Source: a virus
Lineage: Duplodnaviria > Heunggongvirae > Uroviricota > Caudoviricetes
Virus record (IMG/VR): IMGVR_UViG_3300037067_009442
Location: 29,721-93,720 of that record
Length of the DNA stretch: 64,000 bases
Direction: 5' to 3' (one strand)
A program made the position numbers and the translations under genes. Positions 32,036-41,562 of the stretch are shown here, piece after piece. Numbering within the stretch: the first letter of the stretch is position 1; each line of letters opens with the position of its first letter. The notes under the pieces were generated by a model. It was not told the origin of the DNA, did not search any database, and was given only the letters and a program-made list of their open reading frames with translations.

Positions 32036-32977
32036 TTACACCGATCCCTTGGCAAGCATGTCTCGGTAGAGTGGGCCAAGAACCCTAGAGACATTCCCCT
32101 TGATGGATTGCTCATTGAGACTGAGTTCAGTCCACTCTCGCTGACAATCCTTAGCAAGGTCAGCGATGATTGCGGTGAGGATACAGGGCATGTCCTTCAT
32201 GGTACCGGTGAGAGCAGTACCACGATCAGTGAGTCGACCGATAGCATTGATGACTCGGCCCTCGGTAACGTACATAGCAACGAAGTCATCCACCGGTGAA
32301 GGCCCTCGCTCAACCTTCTCCTTAGGGGCAGTAGCCTTCTCAGCAAACTTGGCAGACTTATGCTTGCAAATGAGCCAATCGCCAAATACATCTCGGAAGA
32401 GAGGGGTGGACTGGATTACAACGCCTTCGGCGATGTTGTCCTCTCCAAACCCATTGAGAAGGCCTTCGGTACTGGGCTTCTCCAAAAGAGCATCAAAGTT
32501 GGCCTTAGTTGGTTCACCTCGCCACACCTCATGAACTCGAGGTAGCTTCATCTTGTCAGCTACATCACAGAAGAGATCATAGGTGAGGAAGTTTGGACCC
32601 GGCATGATTCCGAAGGTCCGAAAGAGGGGAGTCTGCCCGTTGCTGTATCGAACCCCCTTGGCTTTGATGCCGGGTCCGTATGCCTCCCCGAACACCGTAG
32701 TGTCGTTGAAGCCATAGGACAACAGCGTCTCCATCATGGTACCTAGGAGCTCCTCTTGCCCTCGGAACCAGTTGAGCATACTGCCTAGAGGGAAGTCCTG
32801 CCCGGTGCCATACTCGACTTCTCGAGTGCCAAATCCGATTTCACTGATCTTCTTGATCCCAAGTGGGAAGAAAAGCCTGAAATTGCTGCCGTGGAGCTTC
32901 TCGGTAGCCACGACCTCCTTGACGGCATAGATGGAGGGGCAGTCTTCAAGTTGGACGATTGACGGGTACTTTTGCAT
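32036..32977 (-). CDS. Rnl2-family ATP-dependent RNA ligase
   Basis: EKLHGSNF (motif I), FGE (III), EGVVI (IV), KHKSAKFAEK (V), C-terminal YVTEGRVINAI. Confidence 0.88.
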   Translation of the reverse strand: MQKYPSIVQLEDCPSIYAVKEVVATEKLHGSNFRLFFPLGIKKISEIGFGTREVEYGTGQDFPLGSMLNWFRGQEELLGTMMETLLSYGFNDTTVFGEAYGPGIKAKGVRYSNGQTPLFRTFGIMPGPNFLTYDLFCDVADKMKLPRVHEVWRGEPTKANFDALLEKPSTEGLLNGFGEDNIAEGVVIQSTPLFRDVFGDWLICKHKSAKFAEKATAPKEKVERGPSPVDDFVAMYVTEGRVINAIGRLTDRGTALTGTMKDMPCILTAIIADLAKDCQREWTELSLNEQSIKGNVSRVLGPLYRDMLAKGSV

Positions 32978-32980
32978 GGT

Positions 32981-33715
32981 CTACTTGGAACAGATCGTAC
33001 AAGAAGGGTCTTTAGTCAAGCGCATTGTATGAGTGGTCATCTCGAGGGCATCAAAGATCAGCATGCGACCTACTAAAGGGTCCCCAAATCCATGTAGGAC
33101 CTTGAGAGCCTCAGTTGCTTGGATGGCTCCAATGATGCCCGGGACGGTACCGAGGACCCCTCGAAGGGGCCTCTTCTTTTCTGGAGGCTCATTTGGATAG
33201 AGGCATCGATAGCAAGGACTCCCTCTGAAGACAGTGACCTGCCCATCCAGAGATCCCGCAGCCCCATGAACGAGAGGGATCTTTCGGGCCATGCATTCAT
33301 CATTGAGGAGGTACCGGGTCGGGTAGTTGTCACAGCAATCAATAACTACATCCCATTCAACCTCATCAAAGATCCGATCCTTAGAGGTGGCGTCCAACAT
33401 CACCGGGTATCTTCGGTACAATGGGTCGGGGTTGAGTCGACAGAGCCGATCCAAAGCTTGGCTGACCTTATGCTGACCAATGCCAATGGTCGAGTAGAGG
33501 ACCTGCCTCTGAAGGTTGGACAGGCTGACCTCATCGTGGTCAACAAGACCTAGTGTTCCTACCCCCTGAGCGGCTAGGTAGAGTGCCACTGGGGACCCTA
33601 GGCCACCAACCCCTACGATGAGGACTCGGCTCCTGAGGAGCTTCTCTTGGCCCTCCTGACCTATCTCATCTAGGAGCAGGTTCCGTTCGTACCGGGTGAC
33701 TTGTTCAGGGGTCAT
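32981..33715 (-). CDS. ThiF/MoeB (E1-like) adenylyltransferase
   Basis: VGVGGLGS, VDHDEVSLSNLQRQ, DCCDNYPTR, PCYRC, GVLG, C-terminal CTIC. Confidence 0.92.
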   Translation of the reverse strand: MTPEQVTRYERNLLLDEIGQEGQEKLLRSRVLIVGVGGLGSPVALYLAAQGVGTLGLVDHDEVSLSNLQRQVLYSTIGIGQHKVSQALDRLCRLNPDPLYRRYPVMLDATSKDRIFDEVEWDVVIDCCDNYPTRYLLNDECMARKIPLVHGAAGSLDGQVTVFRGSPCYRCLYPNEPPEKKRPLRGVLGTVPGIIGAIQATEALKVLHGFGDPLVGRMLIFDALEMTTHTMRLTKDPSCTICSK

Positions 33716-34396
33716 TGTACTTCATCAGTGAGTTCTTGAATCAGGTCGTAGCCAAATAGTTGGCGTAGTAGTGTAAACCTCACAGAATTATGGGAGGCTC
33801 GTCCACTCCAAGAGGGGTTCTTACTCTGAGTGGTTGCTAGTCGTAGTTGTACATCTTCATCAACTACAGACTTCACCACGGTCTTGAGGGTCTCTCGCTG
33901 GACTTCAATTACTGGGGAGGGCATGACTAACCCTTGTAACCCTTGATGACTTTCCACCAAGTATGGCCCTTCCCCGCCACAAACCCAAGTACCAAACCTA
34001 CTGCGAACACGAACAGACTAAACATAGCGATTCCTTAGGAACTCCAGTGACTACAGAGGTGCCAGCCTAACATACCCGTAGTCTTTAGGTTGTACTTTTT
34101 GACATATTCCAGCACCATTTTATTGGCCACCGGCGTATCGACCAGAGCCAAGTCCCGTGCGTGGATGTCAAGAGGGTAACCTCTTTCGGCTTGATACTGC
34201 GGGCCGAAGCTAACGATATGCATCGGGTAGGAACAGCTGCAGTGGGTCAGGATTCGAATCCCATCCGCGTCCTTACCTGTGTAGGCTAGGTACTGAGGGG
34301 ATCCGATCGGCTTCTGTCCGCCGCCTGTCGAATCAAGGGAATGCTCCTCAAGGCAGATTCCATAGACCAGGTAGGCATTAGTGCTTGCTCCCATGT

Positions 34397-34702
34397 TCAG
34401 ATCACGTCCTCTCGCTCAAATCGGGTAGGTATCGGTGGTTCAGTCGATGGCTTTATCGGCTTACGAGGACTGAGAGTATCGACGATCTGGTAGGTGTAGT
34501 CAACCAGATTGTACTCCTTGAAGTGAGCTCTAAGGTATACAAAAGCGTCAGCTACCTCACTAAGAGTGACCTCCCTATCTCGAAGTAGCACGGCCATGAA
34601 GGACTCTAAAAGCACAGGCATCGGACTTGGGTCATCCGTAATAACTCGAACATCCTTGAGTTTCTTACCTTCAGTGAGGGTAAACTCAAAGTCGAGTCTC
34701 AT
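34397..34702 (-). CDS. PTRFER-tag family protein
   Basis: Ends IPTRFEREDVI. Confidence 0.85.
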   Translation of the reverse strand: MRLDFEFTLTEGKKLKDVRVITDDPSPMPVLLESFMAVLLRDREVTLSEVADAFVYLRAHFKEYNLVDYTYQIVDTLSPRKPIKPSTEPPIPTRFEREDVI

Positions 34703-34984
34703 TCAGATCACGTCCTCTCGCTCAAATCGGGTAGGGTAGGTCCCTGAAGGTAACCTTGCCGCTTCTTCGAGGGTATCGACGATCTGAACGGATACAGCTT
34801 CATTAGGGTAACGACTCTGAAGGCCCTTGAGGATAGTAGTTGAGTTCTTACTATTCAACCTTTTACCTTCAAGGTATTCTCTAATCTGCTTCTCATAGGT
34901 AGGGTTGTTGGTGGTACCAGTTACTCGAACGTCCCTAAGGGATCCATACCTTCCTTGGCGTAGGAGCTCTACGAAGACTGGCAC
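34703..34984 (-). CDS. PTRFER-tag family protein
   Basis: Ends YPTRFEREDVI. Confidence 0.85.
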   Translation of the reverse strand: MPVFVELLRQGRYGSLRDVRVTGTTNNPTYEKQIREYLEGKRLNSKNSTTILKGLQSRYPNEAVSVQIVDTLEEAARLPSGTYPTRFEREDVI

Positions 34985-35410
34985 CTAGACTACATCCTCT
35001 CGCTCGAATCGAGTAGGGTAGGTGCTTAGCAATCCCGTTGATGCAAAGGTTTGCATGATCAGATCTCGATAGGGTAAGTCACTGCCCGTAACGCTTCGAT
35101 GCTCCTCACAGTAGTAGCTGAGGGAGGTAGGAGGTATCTTGACTATCGTGAGTGATAAGGTTGTAACCAAACCTTTTTGAAGGAGGTTGTCTCGCCACTC
35201 AGTGTTCCAGCGTTGAAGGGCGTCTACTTCATCTTGCTCGCTTCTAGACTGAGCAACCCACGTAAGACGAGAGAGGTCTCCACAGGTGACCTTGTACAGA
35301 TTGCAAAGCACGGGTGCAGGTAATGAGGTAGTTGCTAACTTACCGCAGACCCAGCACCGAGGAGCCCACTTCTTGAGCTCTGCATAAGCATCCATGTCAA
35401 AGCGATTCAT
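34985..35410 (-). CDS. PTRFER-tag family protein, zinc-finger-like
   Basis: CWVC...CEEH; ends YPTRFEREDVV. Confidence 0.85.
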   Translation of the reverse strand: MNRFDMDAYAELKKWAPRCWVCGKLATTSLPAPVLCNLYKVTCGDLSRLTWVAQSRSEQDEVDALQRWNTEWRDNLLQKGLVTTLSLTIVKIPPTSLSYYCEEHRSVTGSDLPYRDLIMQTFASTGLLSTYPTRFEREDVV

Positions 35411-36117
35411 ACTACCTCCTCCCTCTCAAACCGAGTCCGGAGTTGGATAGGAGGATCACTAGATGCAACAGGGGTTACCCGCAACGACTCAATGATCTCC
35501 CAGGGATCCCCCATCTGTAGGCACCCGATAGGGTCAGTGATACCCCTACGTTGAAAAATCAGCATCCCAGTTGGGTGTAGGAAACCCTGGAGCCCACACC
35601 TAAATAACCCATAACTCTCACCGCCATCTTCAATACTTCCTTGGGTGGATGAGAACCGATCCCGACCGAGTTTTCGAACAGAGGCGAATTCCTCAGGAGA
35701 TAAGCAGATAGCACGGTAATCAAGCCCCACTAACTTATCGTAGATACCCTCAACTTGTTGATTACTCCTAGGGGGGTTGTTGAACCTAACCACAGAAGGT
35801 GGTTGCATCCTCCCCTGCGGTTCAGGTAGAGCGAATGCCCCCTCGCTCATCATTCGAGCAATCTCTCTCCGACCGCCAGGAGATCGGAATACCTGAAGGT
35901 CCCCTGTTATAGTGTTCCTTGCTGCTACAACACCACAAAACCAGAGAAAGTCATCATCCTCAACGGTATGGCACTGCTCGCAATAGAACCCAATCCTCCC
36001 CATGTGGTACCCACTACCGGCACCAGCACCCTCATCAAGCAGGATCGTATGACCTGTTGCGATAGCATGGTCATTGATTGCCAGAAGCATCTGACTAACG
36101 TTTCGGAACTCCAACAT
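35407..36117 (-). CDS. PTRFER-tag family protein
   Basis: Ends LRTRFEREEVV; start moved to ATG 36117 to avoid overlap; N-domain shared with 40169-40513. Confidence 0.8.
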   Translation of the reverse strand: MLEFRNVSQMLLAINDHAIATGHTILLDEGAGAGSGYHMGRIGFYCEQCHTVEDDDFLWFCGVVAARNTITGDLQVFRSPGGRREIARMMSEGAFALPEPQGRMQPPSVVRFNNPPRSNQQVEGIYDKLVGLDYRAICLSPEEFASVRKLGRDRFSSTQGSIEDGGESYGLFRCGLQGFLHPTGMLIFQRRGITDPIGCLQMGDPWEIIESLRVTPVASSDPPIQLRTRFEREEVV

Positions 36118-36119
36118 GA

Positions 36120-36623
36120 TTAGACGACGTCCTCTCGCTCGAATCGAGTAGGCCGAATAATCTCGGTACTTAGGCTCGAGTTTGGCAAGTAAGGTAACCC
36201 TCTCATTTGGCACTCAATTGAAGTCAGTAGTTTTATCTCACCTGGAGTACCACTAGGGTACTTAAATCGAGGAGTTAACAGTTGAGGTGCGAGCAGTAGA
36301 CTCACCTTCAAAGTAGACTCACTTTCGAGCCGAGGGGTTCCCCGGATCACTCCGTGAAGTATCCAAGTAGGCTCCCGATTAGTCAACCTCTTCATTCGAT
36401 GGTAAAGCCGTAGGTACAGAGGGGCCCTAGGCTCAAGTGGGTCGTCACTCAAACAGAAAGTTGAAGGGCATACCCAGGAACGGAGGGATGTCTCATCAGT
36501 GATATCTATCCCGTTCGAGTGGAAGTATAGGGTTCGAGTACAGTCCGGAAGCCTACGGAAGAAGGGTAGGCAGTCTAGGTCAGTCTGCCACCAAGTGACT
36601 GGACATGGACTGTACAGTACCAT
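36120..36623 (-). CDS. PTRFER-tag family protein (SPxPVTWW subfamily)
   Basis: SPCPVTWW; ends RPTRFEREDVV. Confidence 0.85.
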   Translation of the reverse strand: MVLYSPCPVTWWQTDLDCLPFFRRLPDCTRTLYFHSNGIDITDETSLRSWVCPSTFCLSDDPLEPRAPLYLRLYHRMKRLTNREPTWILHGVIRGTPRLESESTLKVSLLLAPQLLTPRFKYPSGTPGEIKLLTSIECQMRGLPYLPNSSLSTEIIRPTRFEREDVV

Positions 36624-37171
36624 CAGATGACGTCCTCTCGCTCGAATCGAGTAGACCGATGGATCTCAGGCTCAGGTTCCAAGGGGATTGGCCATACCGG
36701 TAAATTAAGGTTCAGGCACTCCTCAGTGGAAAGAAGTGAACCCTCGGTAGGGTAGTAGAACTTAGTCGATAGGAGGATCGGTGCTAGGAGAAGACCCACC
36801 TTTACTACACGGAGATCTCTAGTCAATGATGGGTACGGTACTCCAATTACCCCGTGCATCACCCAAGATGGGTGATGCTTAGACATCATCAACATCCGAC
36901 GGTAAAGTTTAATGCCTATCCCTCTTGTCAAGGTCAACTCAAAAAGACTAGGGCTTACGTCTAGGATCCCGGAGTACTCATAGAGCTCGTTATAGCCATC
37001 AGTTGTGACCTCCTGAGCTACTTGTACCCAACTAGAAGGGCGATGACTACACAGAGGAATATCTCTAACCCTCAGAGTCAAGACGCTTATGTCCCTTGGC
37101 TTAAAGAAACTAGGTACTTGAGCGGGCTTCAGCTGCCACCAAGTTACCGGGCAAGGGCTGCTTAGAGTCAT
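36623..37171 (-). CDS. PTRFER-tag family protein (SPxPVTWW subfamily)
   Basis: Ends RSTRFEREDVI. Confidence 0.85.
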   Translation of the reverse strand: MTLSSPCPVTWWQLKPAQVPSFFKPRDISVLTLRVRDIPLCSHRPSSWVQVAQEVTTDGYNELYEYSGILDVSPSLFELTLTRGIGIKLYRRMLMMSKHHPSWVMHGVIGVPYPSLTRDLRVVKVGLLLAPILLSTKFYYPTEGSLLSTEECLNLNLPVWPIPLEPEPEIHRSTRFEREDVI

Positions 37172-37647
37172 CAGATGACGTCCTCTCGCTCGAACCGAGT
37201 AGGGATTGTCAACCAGTAAGGGAGGTTAACTCTGGCGCACTCCCCATTGGAGAGCCTCTCTATCTCCTTAGTCTCCCAAGTGGACTTAGGCTCTAGCACT
37301 AAGTCAAAAGGAGCGTGGAAGAGACTAACCGTTAGTGCCTTAGTTGGGTGAGAGTTGAGCGCCTCTTCCCTGTCTTGCAGTATTCCATGAAGCTTCCAAT
37401 TGGGCCTCATCTCAGTCATGGTTCGGATCCAAGTGACTAAGAGGCTCAGTTCATGAGGGTAGATCCTCAGTAAGGGGATGGGGACATATGTGGCACTGAG
37501 AGGGTTACTAATCCGAAAGGTCCCATCATCACCATCAAATAGATACCCACAGGGAGTCTCTCGTTCCTTAGTGGTGTATGGGCTGTAGTAATAGGGGATC
37601 CTCCACCATGTGACTGGGTATGGACTGAGGAGAGTAGATTCAGTCAT
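37171..37647 (-). CDS. PTRFER-tag family protein (SPxPVTWW subfamily)
   Basis: Ends IPTRFEREDVI. Confidence 0.85.
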   Translation of the reverse strand: MTESTLLSPYPVTWWRIPYYYSPYTTKERETPCGYLFDGDDGTFRISNPLSATYVPIPLLRIYPHELSLLVTWIRTMTEMRPNWKLHGILQDREEALNSHPTKALTVSLFHAPFDLVLEPKSTWETKEIERLSNGECARVNLPYWLTIPTRFEREDVI

Positions 37648-37961
37648 ACGACATCCTCTCGGTCAAACCTCGAGACTCTAGGGGGCTCAGGAAGGGGCTC
37701 AGGTTCTTTTTTCCGCACGTCTATCGTGCTCTTGAACTCAGTACAGAGTGAAGGTATTGATACCCTCCACTCTGTACCAAAGTAGCTTTCCATGAGGTAA
37801 GCTACTACAACCGCGACCTGAAGGGCTATGAGAGGCTCGACCGAATCGATTAGATCGATCAGGTCGTTATAGGTGCCTCCCAGGTGATTAACCCCTGTTA
37901 CGGAATCTACCGTGACATGGTTTTCATCACTAACCCCTAGGATAACCTCAATCATGCCCAA
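37644..37961 (-). CDS. PTRFER-tag family protein
   Basis: Ends RVSRFDREDVV. Confidence 0.8.
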   Translation of the reverse strand: MGMIEVILGVSDENHVTVDSVTGVNHLGGTYNDLIDLIDSVEPLIALQVAVVVAYLMESYFGTEWRVSIPSLCTEFKSTIDVRKKEPEPLPEPPRVSRFDREDVV

Positions 37962-38087
37962 GTACTTTCGAGGTTGGACACCCCTCGTGCGTTACCCATC
38001 GCCGAACTGAATTACGTCGACAAAGAATGTGCAAGGCAAGAAGAGCAGCAACCAAGTACAGCAAGGTAAGGGTTCGAGGTCTGAACA

Positions 38088-38852
38088 CTACTCGGCCTCT
38101 TGTTCTTGAATGTCCATCAAATTGATCAGAAGTTGACCGTAAGGTGTGCTTCGAGGAAGCTTCCGGTCTACATGGATCCTTCTTCGAGTAGCCACTACAG
38201 GCTCCTTCGTCTTTGGATTGAACCCAGGCTTTTGGTAGTCCTCCCAATAGAGCCCGACTCCTCGCCGCTGCCACAAGGGGACTTCATTGAAGTTGATCCC
38301 ACGGACGAACAGCAAGTCATTCTTCTGGGAGAAGCTCTTGCCTTTGAGCTCTTGAGTAGCCTCCGTGGGGCTGTTACCCCACTCTCGAAGCTTCCAATAG
38401 CACCAGCCGTTCAAGCAGCATCGAGCAGCATCCGACTGCCTCCAATAGAAGTAGTCGAGCACCTCCTTCTGAGTAGGGCCAACCCAGACCCGGCTATCAA
38501 AGTGAGCAGCAGAGCCGAGCTCGATGGAGAAGACCGAGCTTGCAATGCCCGCCGAGATAGAGACGATCTTCTCAACCTCTCGCCCGAAGAGATCCGTATC
38601 CTTGGGTAGTAGGATTGAGATCTCGTCGCTCTCTGTGAAGGCATAGATCCCACCCAACTCGACCATTAGAGTCGAAGCAGTCTTGACCATGTACGAGTGA
38701 AACAGAGGGTCAAACGGATGCTCAAAGCCACGAGTGAGCTTTGTGAAGCTCCGACCATCGACTCGAACCACCGGGTAGGCCCCTGGTAGGATCTTCATCG
38801 AGTGGTAGCACTCGAGTTCCCGCATCCGCTCTTCAAGCTTGTCAGTTTTCAC
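38088..38852 (-). CDS. thg1: tRNA(His) guanylyltransferase Thg1-like 3'-5' polymerase
   Basis: VVRVDGRSF, TESDEIS, FDSR, YFYWRQSDA, GINFNEVPLWQRRG. Confidence 0.93.
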   Translation of the reverse strand: MKTDKLEERMRELECYHSMKILPGAYPVVRVDGRSFTKLTRGFEHPFDPLFHSYMVKTASTLMVELGGIYAFTESDEISILLPKDTDLFGREVEKIVSISAGIASSVFSIELGSAAHFDSRVWVGPTQKEVLDYFYWRQSDAARCCLNGWCYWKLREWGNSPTEATQELKGKSFSQKNDLLFVRGINFNEVPLWQRRGVGLYWEDYQKPGFNPKTKEPVVATRRRIHVDRKLPRSTPYGQLLINLMDIQEQEAE

Positions 38853-39180
38853 GAAGGGGCTACCCCTCTCGGGTTGATCACACCAAGGCCTACCATCTCT
38901 GCCTTGTAGATGGACTGAGGGTCCCCTTCTGGGTTGGGTGTCTCGAACTCGAGGAGGTAACTCTCCTCCTCTTTGTCACCTACCTTGCGGAAGGCGGAAT
39001 AACCAACCCAATCATCTCCCTGGGTCGCCTGTAGGACAACGAAACCCTCAATGAGTAACTCTCGAGCCCTCACTTGGGCTCCTTCTACGTTGTTGAACTT
39101 CTCGATGATAGGGTATGCTTGGCTCATAAGCCCTATTACAAGCACGTCCCTACCCTAGTAGTCAAGGAGCTAGTAGTTTA

Positions 39181-39648
39181 CTAACTTGACCGAGATACAG
39201 CTTGAACCGAGAAGGTACCTTCCGGGGTCAGGGTGACCTCGTAGAGCTCGTCATACCCCTCAGACCATGAAGGGTAGACTAGACGCTTGATCGCCCCGAA
39301 GATAGCAACATGGGGCACGCAGGCATGACCCACTCGAGTGGCATTCCTTTTGAGGCAATCATCTACCCGAGAGCGGAAGAAGTAGCCTTTCACAGTGGCA
39401 CCGTACTCCCGAGCTATTAGAATGATCTCTACTCGGCTAGCCACCTCAACGTTAGTGTTGTCGACAACTACCGATTGACCACAGATCAAACCATCCCGGA
39501 TGAGTAACTCCTGCCGCTTCCGCCGGTTCTTGTTGTTCCGGAAATGATCCTTGCTGACTACCCTGTGAGTAGAGGGAAATCGCTGACTACAGAACGTGGT
39601 CTTGCCCGACGCCTGCAGCCCAGAGAGAATTACCACCTCCAGGGTCAT
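39181..39648 (-). CDS. Polynucleotide kinase-like P-loop protein (AAA_33)
   Basis: GLQASGKTT, VSKD, VVVDNTN, CLKRNATR. Confidence 0.85.
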   Translation of the reverse strand: MTLEVVILSGLQASGKTTFCSQRFPSTHRVVSKDHFRNNKNRRKRQELLIRDGLICGQSVVVDNTNVEVASRVEIILIAREYGATVKGYFFRSRVDDCLKRNATRVGHACVPHVAIFGAIKRLVYPSWSEGYDELYEVTLTPEGTFSVQAVSRSS

Positions 39649-39869
39649 ACTAACCCCTCCCGCTCAAATCGAGTAGGAGGTAGCCTCCTGAAGCTATAAC
39701 AGGATTCATAGATTGGAATGGAGGGGTTCATGCTTCGAAAGACTACTGTATCACCACATTTGGTGGACCAACATCCGAAATACCGAGGGTGCCCAAGTTT
39801 ACAGGGCGGAGCCATCCCGGTACCCCTTCTAGTGTCAGTCGGATGGTGGGTGCAGTCGTTACAGCCCAC
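39645..39869 (-). CDS. PTRFER-tag family protein, Cys-rich
   Basis: CNDC; ends PPTRFEREGLV. Confidence 0.8.
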   Translation of the reverse strand: MGCNDCTHHPTDTRRGTGMAPPCKLGHPRYFGCWSTKCGDTVVFRSMNPSIPIYESCYSFRRLPPTRFEREGLV

Positions 39870-40166
39870 CTAGATGACGTCCTCCCGCTCGAAGCGAGTA
39901 GGGGGATCAGATTCGGGACCTGGAGTCTCTACCCTCATACTATCGTCACTTGAGAGGATAGTGTCCCCAATGGTGATAGAGACTACCTCATTCTCATAGT
40001 CTTGGAAGTAGTCAACAAGGTCCTGACGAGTAGAAGAGGTGACTGGTTTCCCAACGAACCTCTGACGGATGTGGAATTCATGAATCTCATCGCTAGGGGT
40101 GCCCCTAACACGAATCCCCCAGATAGTCTTGTTACTCGTCCGGGTAACCACTTCAATGTTGATCAT
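39870..40166 (-). CDS. PTRFER-tag family protein
   Basis: Ends PPTRFEREDVI. Confidence 0.85.
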   Translation of the reverse strand: MINIEVVTRTSNKTIWGIRVRGTPSDEIHEFHIRQRFVGKPVTSSTRQDLVDYFQDYENEVVSITIGDTILSSDDSMRVETPGPESDPPTRFEREDVI

Positions 40167-40168
40167 GA

Positions 40169-40513
40169 CTAGATGACATCCTCCCGCTCGAAGCGAGACA
40201 ACCGAACAATGTACTCAGGAGCTAGTGAGCAAGTACCTAACGTCAACTCTTGAGCTAACGCTACCCTACTTTCAACTGAGATGAACTTCATTCGAACAGG
40301 GTACCTAACAGGGACTCTCCTGACGGCACTTACCAGGCAGAACCAGTGAGGAGTTGTAACCTCCCTCGCTTGACTTTCGAAGGGGTCACATTGAGTACAC
40401 GTGAAGCCAATGTGACCCCAGGTATACCGATCATCCGAGGTAATACGATGTCCTGTCTCCAGAGCATGCTTTTGGATTACATCAAGCATCCGAATAACAT
40501 CAGTGTATTGCAC
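40169..40513 (-). CDS. PTRFER-tag family protein
   Basis: Ends RLSRFEREDVI. Confidence 0.85.
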   Translation of the reverse strand: MQYTDVIRMLDVIQKHALETGHRITSDDRYTWGHIGFTCTQCDPFESQAREVTTPHWFCLVSAVRRVPVRYPVRMKFISVESRVALAQELTLGTCSLAPEYIVRLSRFEREDVI

Positions 40514-41064
40514 CTAGATAACCTCCTCTCTCGAGTTGAAGGTAGACGTTGATCACGGAGTGAGATCCACGCCATCCTTCTCGAGGAGGACGAATAGCCC
40601 ATGGAATCCCCGGTGTAAAGTGGCCTCATCATACCAATCATTAAAGAACTTTTTGAGTTGGTCTTGCGCAGTTGGAAGGTCTGAGATCTGAACTGCAATA
40701 GCCCAAAGGGTGGGACGTACCTTATCCGGGTGGATCACTATTGGACAGTGGAAGTACTCATCCAACTTGAGGACCACTTCTTTTCCGACCTCTCGGAGGT
40801 GACAAGGGAGCTTCAAGAGTTCACTGTCCAAGTCGAGAGGAGGGTAGACCCATTCACCGTTGATGGAGAGATCTGTGTAGTAGAATGGCTGCCCACAGGC
40901 GACGCAATTATCATAGCGAGCCAACCGCAGGCTAATCGACGTTCGATGGATCAGGAGCAACCCATCAGAGCAAGAAGGACACTTGGACTTATACGGGCTC
41001 TCGTCTACTCTACTCATAGAGGCATGAGAGATTCGAATTGGGTCAGGCTCTTTAGTCGGATCAG

Positions 41065-41562
41065 TCATAGGACATCCTCTCGTTCAAAGCGAGTAGGTCG
41101 ATGAATTTCAGGTGGCGGTGGGGTCCAATTCCAGTATGGGAGGTGAAAGCCCCGGCACTCCTCAACAGTGAACTCTTCCGCTACCACCTCACGTCCAAAC
41201 GAAGAGAATCGAGGTTCGAGTTTCTTTGGGTTGAGCATTAAGCCCCACGTTATGGAGTAGGACTCTGGCCCTGTAATTGAATCGGATACACTGACTTCCT
41301 CAATTACCCCATGAAAGTGACCAGTCTTGACTTCGGCAAGTTCTAGTAGATCTTGCATTTGCTTACGGATTCTGGCCGTTAGAGAGAGTCCAAGGTACCC
41401 GGCATCGTCACTTGTCATAGAGAAAATTTGGATTACATAGTACCGAGGGTTGAGGGGTACTGGGTGGTCTTGGATGAGGATCGATTCCACGAAGCGAGGT
41501 GTAGTAGTTAATCCCACCTTCCACCAAGTGACCGGAATAGGGCTTTGGTAGGTCTCGATCAC
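41065..41562 (-). CDS. PTRFER-tag family protein (SPxPVTWW subfamily)
   Basis: SPIPVTWW; ends RPTRFEREDVL. Confidence 0.85.
   Translation of the reverse strand: MIETYQSPIPVTWWKVGLTTTPRFVESILIQDHPVPLNPRYYVIQIFSMTSDDAGYLGLSLTARIRKQMQDLLELAEVKTGHFHGVIEEVSVSDSITGPESYSITWGLMLNPKKLEPRFSSFGREVVAEEFTVEECRGFHLPYWNWTPPPPEIHRPTRFEREDVL

Noticed and set aside
36118-36213. Long N-terminal overlap of ORF 35407-36213 with 36120-36623
   Set aside because: The paralog at 40169 and gene packing support a start at ATG 36117.
34397-37961. PTRFER DNA as an integron attC-like or other recombination site
   Set aside because: Variation is mostly synonymous, the motif is always in frame, and no integrase or attC-type palindrome was seen. 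A peptide-level constraint fits better, though recombination may spread it.
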